DNA of 64,000 nt, taken from IMG/VR virus record IMGVR_UViG_3300042446_001683. One strand, written 5' to 3'. The notes beneath the pieces were generated by a model. It was given only the letters and a program-made list of their open reading frames with translations, was not told where the DNA came from and ran no database searches. A program made the position numbers and the translations under genes. Position 1 is the stretch's first letter. The number at the start of each line of letters is the position of its first letter. Source of the DNA: a virus. Of this stretch, positions 27,927-37,788 are shown piece after piece.

Positions 27927-28997
27927 ATGTCATATAAATCATTAGACCCTCAAGACTTCTTAGTTAGTGCCGATAGTGTAACAGCTCCATGTTGGACTAA
28001 TTATGTTTCTCCAATAACCGCACTATATACATCATCTGTACAAATAGCAGGGACATCAGGTAATTATTACTTAAATGTGTATAATGCTAATCCTTCTACA
28101 GATACCTCAGCTGAAATCCAATTTAACATAGCTTATGGTAACATAAATGGATCAGGCTCATTATTATATAACGCTGGTATAGATGGGTTATCTCCTTCAA
28201 GAACAGTATATGGTCAATTCCGTAATTTAATTTATGGGGATGAAAATACTAATTTTTCATTTTCAACAGTTACCCCAGCCCAACAAGATTTTTATTCTAT
28301 TACTATTGATAGAGCAAGATTTAAAGAATCATTATTCCCAGGTTCATTAAATTTAACATTATATTCTGCTTCTAGAAATATTACTTTAACAGATAATAGT
28401 TTAGACACAACCACAGTTACATACTGTGATGCAGGGCGAGTATTCCAAATTGTATCAGGAAGTGATGGAGCAGCAATAACAACAGCAAATAGTGCTCCTG
28501 GAGCTATTAGTGCTGGTATGACTATATCTGGGTCATATGGTTTATTCCTCCCAGACATTGGAACTATTATACTAAATGCCCCAGCATTAGATTTATCATT
28601 TGCTAATGGAGGTATTGCTTTAAATACTCTAAGAACATCAAATACTAATACAAATAATCCAACCCGTTTATTTTCAACATCATCTGGTAGAATAGGATTA
28701 ACTACAGGATCTATAACAAGTAGTTTCTCATTAAATAGTAATGAAACAATTACTTCTGATTTTGTATTTTGTAGAGCAAGAAACGCTGAATTTAATTACA
28801 CTGAAAACCCAAGTTTTATTTCAGGTAGCACAGGAGCAGTATTATATGATTTATTCATTAATAGTCCAACTACTTATATTACAACTGTAGGTTTATATAA
28901 TGATTCAAACGAACTATTAGCAGTAGCTAAATTATCTAAACCACTTAAGAAAGACTTTACAAAAGAGGCATTAGTACGTGTTAAATTAGACTTTTAA
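27927..28997 (+). CDS. baseplate/tail structural protein
   Basis: C-terminal TTVGLYNDSNELLAVAKLSKP. Confidence 0.6.
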   Translation: MSYKSLDPQDFLVSADSVTAPCWTNYVSPITALYTSSVQIAGTSGNYYLNVYNANPSTDTSAEIQFNIAYGNINGSGSLLYNAGIDGLSPSRTVYGQFRNLIYGDENTNFSFSTVTPAQQDFYSITIDRARFKESLFPGSLNLTLYSASRNITLTDNSLDTTTVTYCDAGRVFQIVSGSDGAAITTANSAPGAISAGMTISGSYGLFLPDIGTIILNAPALDLSFANGGIALNTLRTSNTNTNNPTRLFSTSSGRIGLTTGSITSSFSLNSNETITSDFVFCRARNAEFNYTENPSFISGSTGAVLYDLFINSPTTYITTVGLYNDSNELLAVAKLSKPLKKDFTKEALVRVKLDF

Positions 28998-29000
28998 TGA

Positions 29001-30371
29001 ATGAGTGCTTTCAAACAATTTCTAAGTACGGATGTCATTGTATCTCCGTTAGTTGTTAACAAAAGTTTTTCTTTTGAAGGGAGTGCATCTTTTATAAATA
29101 ATATTGATAGATTATTAGGGGTTAACATTAACCCCTCATCTTCTTTACAAGCATCTACCCAAATAACAAGTTCTATTTCTTCATCACAATTATATAATTC
29201 TGTAAAGCAATTATATTATACTAATTATATTCCTAACCCAATTAGTGGTTCACCTTATATTATTGATTTTAATGGTAATGTAATTGAAGATACTACTCAA
29301 ACTGATGTTTATAGTAGATTTTATAATTATGAATCTACAACTTTATTCCAAACTAATTCATTAGGATACACTTCAAATTATGGTTTTGAAAGATATTTTC
29401 CAACAGAATCAAATGCTCAAATAGGAGTAATATCTATATCTAAAAATTTATTTGGGGATTATATTAACCCAAACAGTTTAGATTTTTCAACTCAACAATT
29501 TTCATACCTCCCAGATGTCTTCCTATCAGCTTCATTAACTGCCTCTCTTATAAAAGATGATAATAATATAACATCAATTATAGATTCTAACCCATATATT
29601 ACCTGGTCTGAAAATACAGATTCTTTAGGATGGTTTAATGGTGGACAATTAATATTATTAAATAATATATCTTTTCCTATTGATTTATATATTGAAGTTA
29701 CAGCATCAAATTCAGTATCTACTACAGATATTACTATAGCAGTTTGTACTGGTTCTAACTACACTGATAGTATTAGTACCCACACATTTTCATCTTTCCC
29801 AAGTAATTATGAGTTTATAATTAGTTTAGATGAAACATATGTTGGAAATAGTCAAATTATTAGTCTTTTTCCTATTTGGAATATTTCCGATCCTTCATCC
29901 GCTAGTGTAAATTTAAACATAAAAATGCGAATGTATAAGTCTTCAATACCCCCTCTTAAAATTAAAGACAATGGTGAAGGATTAATATACAAAAGCGGTT
30001 CATCAGACTATGTTGGAGTAATAAATTATTCACATGGTACAATAGTAATTACTGATGGTATATTCTCTAGTTTTACATCATCTAATGATGTGACTTGCAG
30101 TTTCCAAAGTTCAAGAACAATATATGAAACACAATACAAATGTACTATTAGACCTGATGAATTTAACTTTAGCCTAAATCCAAGTTTAATATCAGGCTCT
30201 ACAGAAGGTACAGTTTATAATTTTGTAACAAGTTCATATTTTAGTCCATATGTTACAACAGTAGGTTTTTATAATGAAGCTCAAGAATTAATGATGGTGG
30301 CTAAATTAGGTCAACCTCTTCCAACAAGTCAAACAACTGACACAACAATATTAGTTAATATAGATAAATAA
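29001..30371 (+). CDS. baseplate/tail structural protein, paralogue of the upstream gene
   Basis: C-terminal TTVGFYNEAQELMMVAKLGQP. Confidence 0.6.
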   Translation: MSAFKQFLSTDVIVSPLVVNKSFSFEGSASFINNIDRLLGVNINPSSSLQASTQITSSISSSQLYNSVKQLYYTNYIPNPISGSPYIIDFNGNVIEDTTQTDVYSRFYNYESTTLFQTNSLGYTSNYGFERYFPTESNAQIGVISISKNLFGDYINPNSLDFSTQQFSYLPDVFLSASLTASLIKDDNNITSIIDSNPYITWSENTDSLGWFNGGQLILLNNISFPIDLYIEVTASNSVSTTDITIAVCTGSNYTDSISTHTFSSFPSNYEFIISLDETYVGNSQIISLFPIWNISDPSSASVNLNIKMRMYKSSIPPLKIKDNGEGLIYKSGSSDYVGVINYSHGTIVITDGIFSSFTSSNDVTCSFQSSRTIYETQYKCTIRPDEFNFSLNPSLISGSTEGTVYNFVTSSYFSPYVTTVGFYNEAQELMMVAKLGQPLPTSQTTDTTILVNIDK

Positions 30372-30375
30372 GATT

Positions 30376-30843
30376 ATGGTAAATTGGTTATATAAAGGTA
30401 AAAAAGTTGAAAGTATAGAAGATTTTGGTGAACATACTCCATTTGGATTTGTTTACCTTATCTCTAATACAGTTGATGGTAGAATATATATTGGTAAAAA
30501 ATTTCTACAACATAAGAAAACTAAAAAACTAGGCAAGAAAGCCATAGCTGAACAAACTGGTCCTGGTCGTAAAAAAACTAAAGAAGTCTCATATGCTGAG
30601 TCAGATTGGCAAACATATTGGGGTAGTTGTAAACCATTATTAGAAGACGTAAAACGTTTAGGTGAAGATAAATTCTATAAAGAAATATTAGACCTAGCAT
30701 GGTCATCAAAACACCTGTCATATCTTGAGGCTAAATATCAATTTAAAACAGATGTCTTAGAAACAAATAGCTATAACGATAACATACAAGCAAGATATTA
30801 TAGAAAAGACTTGGCAACTCCAAGTTCTATTGATATATTGTAA
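30376..30843 (+). CDS. GIY-YIG endonuclease (T4 endonuclease II-like)
   Basis: GFVYLI...YIGKK...ESDWQTYWGS. Confidence 0.8.
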   Translation: MVNWLYKGKKVESIEDFGEHTPFGFVYLISNTVDGRIYIGKKFLQHKKTKKLGKKAIAEQTGPGRKKTKEVSYAESDWQTYWGSCKPLLEDVKRLGEDKFYKEILDLAWSSKHLSYLEAKYQFKTDVLETNSYNDNIQARYYRKDLATPSSIDIL

Positions 30844-30845
30844 GT

Positions 30846-31775
30846 ATGGTAAATCAAGCTTTAGTAGCAACAATAAATTCTGTTTTAGGTACTGGTAAGT
30901 CTACCTCTAAAGGTAATTTTGCTTATCATTGCCCATTCTGTAATCATCATAAACCTAAACTTGAAGTTAATCTATCTGAAAATGAAAAAGGTGAACATCC
31001 ATGGCATTGTTGGGTTTGTGATAAAAGAGGTAAAAGTTTAGTTAAACTATTTAAATTAATAGAGGCTACTGCTGAAAAAATAAATGAGTTAAAATCATTA
31101 GTAAAATACACATCAGGTGCAGAAACAGTAGTAGTTGATAAAAAAGTAGAATTACCTAAAGAATTCAAACCACTATCAAACCAATATAATAGTATCGCAT
31201 ATAAGCACGCTTTCAGCTATTTAAAACGCAGACAAGTTACATCTAACGATATTATTAAATACAATATAGGTTATTGTGAATCTGGCAAGTATAACAACTG
31301 TATTGTAATACCATCATATGATAAAGATGGAATCTTAAATTATTTTACTGCTAGAAGTTTTGATAAAAACTCATCTATAAAATATAAAAACCCAGATGTA
31401 TCTCGTGATATAATACCGTTTGAGTTGTTTATTAACTGGAATATACCAATTATATTATGTGAGGGACCATTTGATGCGCTAGCTATTAAACGCAATGTTA
31501 TCCCACTGTTAGGTAAAAATATTCAACAAAATTTAAGAAAAAAATTAGTTACTTCTAAAGTACAAAAAATATATATAGCATTAGATAAAGATGCTATTAA
31601 ACAAGCTCTATCATTCTGTGAGGAGCTAATCAATGAAGGTAAAGAGGTATATTTGGTAGATATGCAAGATAAAGATCCTGGTGAAATGGGATTTGAAAAT
31701 TTTACAAATCTTATCCAACATACTGTTCCATTAACATTCTCAAGTTTATTTGAGAAAAAACTCCAATTAGTATGA
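30846..31775 (+). CDS. dnaG: DNA primase (zinc finger plus TOPRIM)
   Basis: CPFC..CWVC, LCEGPFD, ALDKD, KDPGE. Confidence 0.85.
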   Translation: MVNQALVATINSVLGTGKSTSKGNFAYHCPFCNHHKPKLEVNLSENEKGEHPWHCWVCDKRGKSLVKLFKLIEATAEKINELKSLVKYTSGAETVVVDKKVELPKEFKPLSNQYNSIAYKHAFSYLKRRQVTSNDIIKYNIGYCESGKYNNCIVIPSYDKDGILNYFTARSFDKNSSIKYKNPDVSRDIIPFELFINWNIPIILCEGPFDALAIKRNVIPLLGKNIQQNLRKKLVTSKVQKIYIALDKDAIKQALSFCEELINEGKEVYLVDMQDKDPGEMGFENFTNLIQHTVPLTFSSLFEKKLQLV

Positions 31776-32542
31776 GCAAAATAAAGCACTCGTATAAGCG
31801 TATATTAGAAATTTCTGAAGATCATAAACAAATAACACTACCAGATTCTAGATATTATAGAAGAAATAGTGATTATTACCCATCTGTTACTTATGTGTTA
31901 GGTACTTATCCTAAAGGTAAACATTTTGAAGATTGGTTAAAGAAAGTAGGCTATGCATCAGAATATATAGTTAAAAAAGCAGCTGAAGATGGTACTCAAA
32001 CTCATGAAATGATTGAAGAATACTTAAATGGTGAAGAATTAAAATTTTTAAGTCCATATGGTGTACCACAATATGATCCAAATGTTTGGATTATGTTCTT
32101 ACGTTTTGTAGATTTTTGGGAGACATATAACCCTAAACTAATAGAGACAGAAGTACATTTATTCTCAGATGAATTAAAAGTAGCTGGTACATGTGATTTA
32201 GTTTGTGAAATTGATGGTAAGTTATGGATCATTGACTTTAAAACATCTAACCATCTACAAACAGTATATGAATTACAAACAGCTGTTTACAAACAATGTT
32301 ACAAAGAATGTTATGGTTTAGAAGCTGATCATGCTGCTGTATTATGGTTAAAATCATCTAAACGTAAGGCTAGTAAAGATAAAATGCAAGGTAAAGGATG
32401 GGAAATAGCTGAATCAGAACGTACATTTGAAGAAAATTTAGAAATATTCAAAACAGTACGTAAGTTATTTGATCTTGAAAATCCTAAGTCCGCACCCGTG
32501 TTTGAGTCGTTTAGAACTACCGCAAAACGAGAAGACTTGTAA
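31772..32542 (+). CDS. PD-(D/E)XK exonuclease
   Basis: YPSVT, GTQTH, AGTCD...IIDFKTS, QTAVY. Confidence 0.8.
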   Translation: MSKIKHSYKRILEISEDHKQITLPDSRYYRRNSDYYPSVTYVLGTYPKGKHFEDWLKKVGYASEYIVKKAAEDGTQTHEMIEEYLNGEELKFLSPYGVPQYDPNVWIMFLRFVDFWETYNPKLIETEVHLFSDELKVAGTCDLVCEIDGKLWIIDFKTSNHLQTVYELQTAVYKQCYKECYGLEADHAAVLWLKSSKRKASKDKMQGKGWEIAESERTFEENLEIFKTVRKLFDLENPKSAPVFESFRTTAKREDL

Positions 32543-32595
32543 TATTTATGATAAAATGTTTGGCTTCGCCAAATTTTTTTATTATATTTAGCAAG

Positions 32596-33393
32596 ATGAT
32601 AAAACTAACTGACTTACTAAAAGAAGTACAAAATAAACCAAAAGCCATAATAATGGCTGGAGGAGCATCAGTAGGTAAATCAACAATCCTAAAAACAATT
32701 GATTCTCAATTAAAAGGATTTGAAAACTTAAATGCAGACAAATATGTAGAAGATAAAGACTCACCAATGTTTGGTAATTTATCTGCTGCCTCATCTCAAA
32801 TAAGAAAACAAGATTTACCTAACGCTATAGCAGCTAAACGTAATTTAATTTACGATACCACAGCATCCAATCTATCTACACTTCAACCAACATTAGATAT
32901 GTTAAATGAAGGTGGATATGATGTTATGATGTTGATGGTTTATGCTCATCCTATAGTATCATTTTTAAGAAACTATAAGCGTGAACGTAAAGTACCAGCT
33001 GCTGGTGTTTTAGGTACTTGGGCTAATGTTTATAATTTATTAGATGAATATAAAAATATATTTGGAGACAATTTTATTTTAGTAAATACACCATCAGGCC
33101 CAGAAGAAGAAGCAGAAATTGCTAACTTTGAAAAAGCATATAAAGACGGTACTCTAAAAGAATATTTTGACAGTTTATTATCTACAGGTCAATTTACTTC
33201 ATCATTCAGAAAAGATGATACTGAGTTATCACCTGAAGAAAAAGCTAAACGAGAAAAATCAAGAGAAAAAACAAAACAACAACTTTATCAAAACATTGAT
33301 AAAATAGCTAATACTTACGGGGATATTCAATCTAAATTGAATCCCATAGATAGTAAACAATTACCTACTGTTGTTAATAATTTTATTAAATGA
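32596..33393 (+). CDS. P-loop kinase (zeta-toxin/AAA_33-like) with MIKLTDLLKE leader
   Basis: MAGGASVGKS, NAD, IYDTT, RERKVP; true start at the second ATG. Confidence 0.75.
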   Translation: MIKLTDLLKEVQNKPKAIIMAGGASVGKSTILKTIDSQLKGFENLNADKYVEDKDSPMFGNLSAASSQIRKQDLPNAIAAKRNLIYDTTASNLSTLQPTLDMLNEGGYDVMMLMVYAHPIVSFLRNYKRERKVPAAGVLGTWANVYNLLDEYKNIFGDNFILVNTPSGPEEEAEIANFEKAYKDGTLKEYFDSLLSTGQFTSSFRKDDTELSPEEKAKREKSREKTKQQLYQNIDKIANTYGDIQSKLNPIDSKQLPTVVNNFIK

Positions 33394-35033
33394 GCTCATT
33401 AGTTAAATCACTTATATTACCATTTTTAACTGAGGTTGATTCTTTAGGTGAAGGATTAACTGTAGGTTTATTTGGAGGTGGGTTTCAACCACCAACTAAG
33501 GGTCATCTTGAAGTAGTTAAAAAAGCTATAGAAAAATATAACCCAAACAAATTTATTATATTTGTTGGAACAGGAGGAGGAAGATCAGATATTACTCAAG
33601 ATCAATCATTAGCTATATGGAACATCTATAAAAAGTATCTACCAGATAATGTTGAAATTATACCTTCACCTAACCCAGTATCTTCAATTTATAGATATGC
33701 TAAAGAGCATCCATTTGAGGATATTAAATGGTTTTTAGGATCTAGACAAGGTAATAACCAAGATTTTGAAGATTTTTATAAACGCTCTAAAGCGGTAGAT
33801 ACTCGTGATAATTTAGAAGCAATTAATATTGTCACTGCTAATGATGTTAGTGGTACTAAAGCTAGACAGGTACTAACAGATAAAGAATCATTATTTAACT
33901 ACTTACCAATTGAGTTATCAGATAGTGAAAGAGAAGAAGTATATAGTATACTTAATCCAATGTCTGAAAGTGAAGAAATAACAACTTGGGTTAATGAGGT
34001 TGTACCTGAACCTGAGATTGATGATATTGATGACTATGCTGATAGTGTTTTAAATCCAATTGATATTGACATACCACCTCATTTTATTGATAGAGTTAAT
34101 GATAAACGTAATCGTCCTGGAATTAAAACAGACGAGCTATATGATTTCTTTGATAAACTATCAGATGAAAAAGATGAGTTAGCTAATTTATTAGACCAAG
34201 GAGAAGTAGTAGCAACAGACTCAGATACTGATATTAATATCCCATTAACTAAAGATATTAAAAAAAGTCAATTACGTGATAAAGTAGTAGCGGTAGCTAA
34301 AACTATAATGCGTAAACCTAATTTTCAAACTACAAGTACTAAATTAACATTTGAACAGATTCAAGATGACAGTATAGTTTGTGATGATTGTGGTTGGACT
34401 TGGAAGATAAAAGATGGTGGTGATGATTTATTCATATGTCATAAATGTGGACATGATAATACTCCTAAAGAAACAAATAATTTCTTTGAACCAATCCAAG
34501 ACAAACAATTAGATTTAAACATATCATCAGAACCTACTAGAGTAGATTACTATAAAGATTATTATAAGAATTTATCACCATCAGATTTTAAAGTTGACAA
34601 AGATAAAGACAAAATAATAATATCCAATATTAGTAAAAAAGGTTTAGAAAATAATACTGACTTTATAAAAAAATTAGTATCACTAACAAGTTACATGATG
34701 GATCATATTAATATTGAACCATTACCAGATGTTAATTTTGTTGAAGATGATGTTAAGAATGCTGATGATTTCTTTGGTAAAACAGCGTATTATAACCCAA
34801 ATGATAAATCAATCACGTTATACACACTAAAACGTCATCCTAAAGATGTATTGCGCTCTTTTGCACATGAAATGGTACATCATAAACAAAATTTAGAAGG
34901 AAAATTAAATGATATACAAGGTCAAAATATAAATGAAGACGATTATCTAAAAGAATTAGAACGTGAAGCATATGAGTATGGTAATGGTTTATTATTTAGA
35001 GGTTGGGAAAATTCAATAAAGAAAAATGATTAA
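33390..35033 (+). CDS. multidomain protein: HIGH-type nucleotidyltransferase, RNase-like domain, Zn ribbon and HExxH metallopeptidase
   Basis: GGGFQPPTKGH and VSGTKAR; HFIDRVND..KTIMRK; CDDC/CHKC; AHEMVH..EREAY. Confidence 0.7.
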   Translation: MSSLVKSLILPFLTEVDSLGEGLTVGLFGGGFQPPTKGHLEVVKKAIEKYNPNKFIIFVGTGGGRSDITQDQSLAIWNIYKKYLPDNVEIIPSPNPVSSIYRYAKEHPFEDIKWFLGSRQGNNQDFEDFYKRSKAVDTRDNLEAINIVTANDVSGTKARQVLTDKESLFNYLPIELSDSEREEVYSILNPMSESEEITTWVNEVVPEPEIDDIDDYADSVLNPIDIDIPPHFIDRVNDKRNRPGIKTDELYDFFDKLSDEKDELANLLDQGEVVATDSDTDINIPLTKDIKKSQLRDKVVAVAKTIMRKPNFQTTSTKLTFEQIQDDSIVCDDCGWTWKIKDGGDDLFICHKCGHDNTPKETNNFFEPIQDKQLDLNISSEPTRVDYYKDYYKNLSPSDFKVDKDKDKIIISNISKKGLENNTDFIKKLVSLTSYMMDHINIEPLPDVNFVEDDVKNADDFFGKTAYYNPNDKSITLYTLKRHPKDVLRSFAHEMVHHKQNLEGKLNDIQGQNINEDDYLKELEREAYEYGNGLLFRGWENSIKKND

Positions 35034-35526
35034 ATTAAAAGAGTTATTAGAAGAAGTTGAAAACAACAAATATACTATCTATTGTGATTTAGATGGGGTA
35101 TTAGTTGATTTTGAAAAAGGTTATGAAGAAGCAACAGGCAAACCAATGTCTGCCGCAGGTGAAGGTCCTGAGTTTTGGGAACCAATACATAAAATGGGAG
35201 CTTCATTTTGGATCAAATTAAAATGGTTACCTGATGGACAAACATTATGGAATTATATTAAACCATTTAATCCAACATTACTATCAGCACCTTCACAAGA
35301 AGAATCATCTAAAATAGGTAAACGAGTATGGAAGAAAAATAACTTACCTGATGCTAAAATGATTTTAACACCAGCAAGATTCAAACAAAAATACTCAGGG
35401 GAAAATAAAATACTTATTGATGATATGGAAAAAAATATACAACAATGGAGAGATAAAGGTGGAATAGGAATATTACATACATCTACAGCAGATACAATTA
35501 AACAATTAAAAGAACTAGGATTATGA
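35026..35526 (+). CDS. HAD-family 5'(3')-deoxyribonucleotidase-like phosphatase
   Basis: CDLDGVLVDF, LSAP, ILIDD. Confidence 0.8.
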   Translation: MIKLKELLEEVENNKYTIYCDLDGVLVDFEKGYEEATGKPMSAAGEGPEFWEPIHKMGASFWIKLKWLPDGQTLWNYIKPFNPTLLSAPSQEESSKIGKRVWKKNNLPDAKMILTPARFKQKYSGENKILIDDMEKNIQQWRDKGGIGILHTSTADTIKQLKELGL

Positions 35527-35978
35527 AATACAGTTTAGTAAAACTATTAGAAAATGAGGGAGATGAAGCAACATTTTCAATCAATAAACAAACAAATGAT
35601 TTATTGTTAACCCCAATTGGTTCAACTATTGAAAAAGTAAAAGAAGCAATTAAGAATCCTAAGAATTATGAAAAACTATTTGCTAAGATTTCTAAATCAG
35701 CTTTAGAAGATTACTTTGGCCCACAAAATCCAGCCAAAAGAAAATCATTAGAAAAACAAAGAGGAGAAGCATTTCCCACTAAAACGGCTGCTGAAATAAA
35801 TAAATTTAAAGAAAAGTTAGCAAATCCTAATAAATTTAACTTTGAAGTTGAAGGTGAGTCTTTAAGATTCCCTCAATCTAAAAATACACTTACTTTAGTT
35901 CAAATGGAAAATGATTTAAAAGTAATTTTAGATAGTGCTAAAATAAAATGTAATATAGAAAAGGTTCCATCAAAGTAA
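35523..35978 (+). CDS. hypothetical protein with SLVKLLENE leader
   Basis: operon context. Confidence 0.65.
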   Translation: MKYSLVKLLENEGDEATFSINKQTNDLLLTPIGSTIEKVKEAIKNPKNYEKLFAKISKSALEDYFGPQNPAKRKSLEKQRGEAFPTKTAAEINKFKEKLANPNKFNFEVEGESLRFPQSKNTLTLVQMENDLKVILDSAKIKCNIEKVPSK

Positions 35979-35982
35979 TATT

Positions 35983-36552
35983 ATGGCTGAAAATGTTTTG
36001 AAAAAAGAATTTAAGGAGAAAGATGTACAACGTCTTCGTAACCTTATGCAAGGTAAATATGGTGAAAAAGCTACTGTAGGTACTGGTTATACTAAACAAT
36101 ATGAACATCATGAAGAAGGAGATGTATGGGAAGAAGATGATCGTACTTGGACTATTAAAAATGGTATTAAACAAAATATCACTAAATTAGACAAAGCTAA
36201 AGAGTCTCTTCACTTACCATTATTTTGCCCATGTTGTAATGGAATGATGAAACATAGGTATGATAAGCAGTTTTTTATACAGTATAAAAGATGTTTTAAT
36301 TGTCAAATTGAATTTGAAACTGATCTTAAAAAGAAAGGCTTATGGGTAGAGTACGAAAAACTCATAATCAACTCAGATATTGATGGACTTATAAATGAAT
36401 TTAATATTTGGGTTGATGAAGAAATGAATACTAAAAATGAGTCATTTATAACTGAAGCAGGTGATATGGAACGTTGGTCTGGTAATGCTAAACAAAAACT
36501 TCTTGAAAGTAAAGAAGAAACCATTAAGTATCTTGAGAGCTTGAAAAAATAG
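35983..36552 (+). CDS. zinc-finger hypothetical protein
   Basis: CPCC...CFNC. Confidence 0.7.
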   Translation: MAENVLKKEFKEKDVQRLRNLMQGKYGEKATVGTGYTKQYEHHEEGDVWEEDDRTWTIKNGIKQNITKLDKAKESLHLPLFCPCCNGMMKHRYDKQFFIQYKRCFNCQIEFETDLKKKGLWVEYEKLIINSDIDGLINEFNIWVDEEMNTKNESFITEAGDMERWSGNAKQKLLESKEETIKYLESLKK

Positions 36553-36577
36553 CCGATATTTATATATAAAATTAAAC

Positions 36578-36940
36578 ATGGATTTTGTAAAACTAATATC
36601 ATATTTATTCCATTCTCGTACCCAAGCTCACATATTCCATTTACAAACACAGTCATATGCTGAGCATATGGCTTTAAATGTTTACTATGATGGAATTGTA
36701 CCATTAATTGATGGTATTGTAGAAGCATACCAAGGTAAATACGGTATTGTAAAAGGTTACTCTAATTTTAATCTAATGGAGTATAATAATACTCAACAAG
36801 TAGTAGCGTACTTAGACGCATTATGTAAAGCAGTTTATGAAGTATACCAATCAACTGAGGACACTAACATACAAAATTTACTAGATGGAATTACAGATTT
36901 AATTAAATCAACTATCTACAAATTACAAAACTTACGATAA
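36578..36940 (+). CDS. ferritin/Dps-like four-helix protein (DUF5856 type)
   Basis: QAHIFHLQT.SYAEHMAL..YYD...DGIVEAYQG. Confidence 0.75.
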   Translation: MDFVKLISYLFHSRTQAHIFHLQTQSYAEHMALNVYYDGIVPLIDGIVEAYQGKYGIVKGYSNFNLMEYNNTQQVVAYLDALCKAVYEVYQSTEDTNIQNLLDGITDLIKSTIYKLQNLR

Positions 36941-37149
36941 TGGCTTTTAAATATAAATTAACTGAAGACAAATATGCTGGAACACAAGGCATGTTTAAAG
37001 ATCTTTTAGATAAATGGAATGCTGAAGATAAAGAAAAAGAAGCTGAAATAGCTAAACTCCCTCAAAATCTTCAAGATAAGATTAAAGGCATCGCTAAAGA
37101 AGCATTATCTAAAAAGAAATGTTATGAGTGCAAAACCATTAAAAAATAA
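36940..37149 (+). CDS. hypothetical protein
   Basis: TAATG coupling; YKLTE leader. Confidence 0.55.
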   Translation: MAFKYKLTEDKYAGTQGMFKDLLDKWNAEDKEKEAEIAKLPQNLQDKIKGIAKEALSKKKCYECKTIKK

Positions 37150-37169
37150 CATATTTATAATAAAATACA

Positions 37170-37532
37170 ATGAGTACTAAATTAAAATCATTAATACAAC
37201 AAATCATCAAAGAGGAAGTTGCTTTATTTGAAAAGAAAAAGAAAAAAGACGAATTACCTCCTCTAGATGTTGATGTTGATGTTGACGCTGAAGTAGCACC
37301 CGCTGAAGAAGCACCTATAGATGACTTATCTACTGACCCAAATATAGACATGAATATGGGAGCAGATATGGGTGGTGATTCAATTGAAAAACAAGTTGGC
37401 CAAGGCTTACAAACAGCATTAGACGCTGCTAAGCAACTACCAGACGGAGAAAATAAAGATAAATTAGTACGTCAAATTGGAAACACCGCTTTATTCTTTT
37501 TGAAAACACAAATCACTAAAGATCAAGCATAA
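37170..37532 (+). CDS. hypothetical late protein with LKSLIQQIIKEE leader
   Basis: late promoter at 37152. Confidence 0.7.
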   Translation: MSTKLKSLIQQIIKEEVALFEKKKKKDELPPLDVDVDVDAEVAPAEEAPIDDLSTDPNIDMNMGADMGGDSIEKQVGQGLQTALDAAKQLPDGENKDKLVRQIGNTALFFLKTQITKDQA

Positions 37533-37555
37533 TATAAACCAAACAAATAAAATCT

Positions 37556-37729
37556 ATGAACAGTCAAGAGTTATTAGAAAGAATGCAAGAGTTATTCGAG
37601 TTATTAGTAGCAGAACACTCAAAACCAGCAAAAGCAGCACATGGACGTGCTCGCAAAACAGCAGGTGAGATTAAGAAGGTAATTGCGGAATACCGTAAAG
37701 CTTCTACTGCTGAAGACAAAGCGAAATAA
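37556..37729 (+). CDS. Hc1 histone-H1-like protein (57 aa, not in ORF track)
   Basis: KAAHGRARKTAGEIKKVIAEYRKAS matches the Hc1 KAAxxRARK...EFRKAS pattern. Confidence 0.75.
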   Translation: MNSQELLERMQELFELLVAEHSKPAKAAHGRARKTAGEIKKVIAEYRKASTAEDKAK

Positions 37730-37749
37730 GAATTGTAAATTTGAGTTAT

Positions 37750-37775
37750 AGGGGAGCAATGCTCCCCTTAACTTT
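37750..37775 (+). terminator. probable terminator
   Basis: AGGGGAGC-AAT-GCTCCCCT. Confidence 0.6.
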
Positions 37776-37788
37776 AAAATAAATAGAT

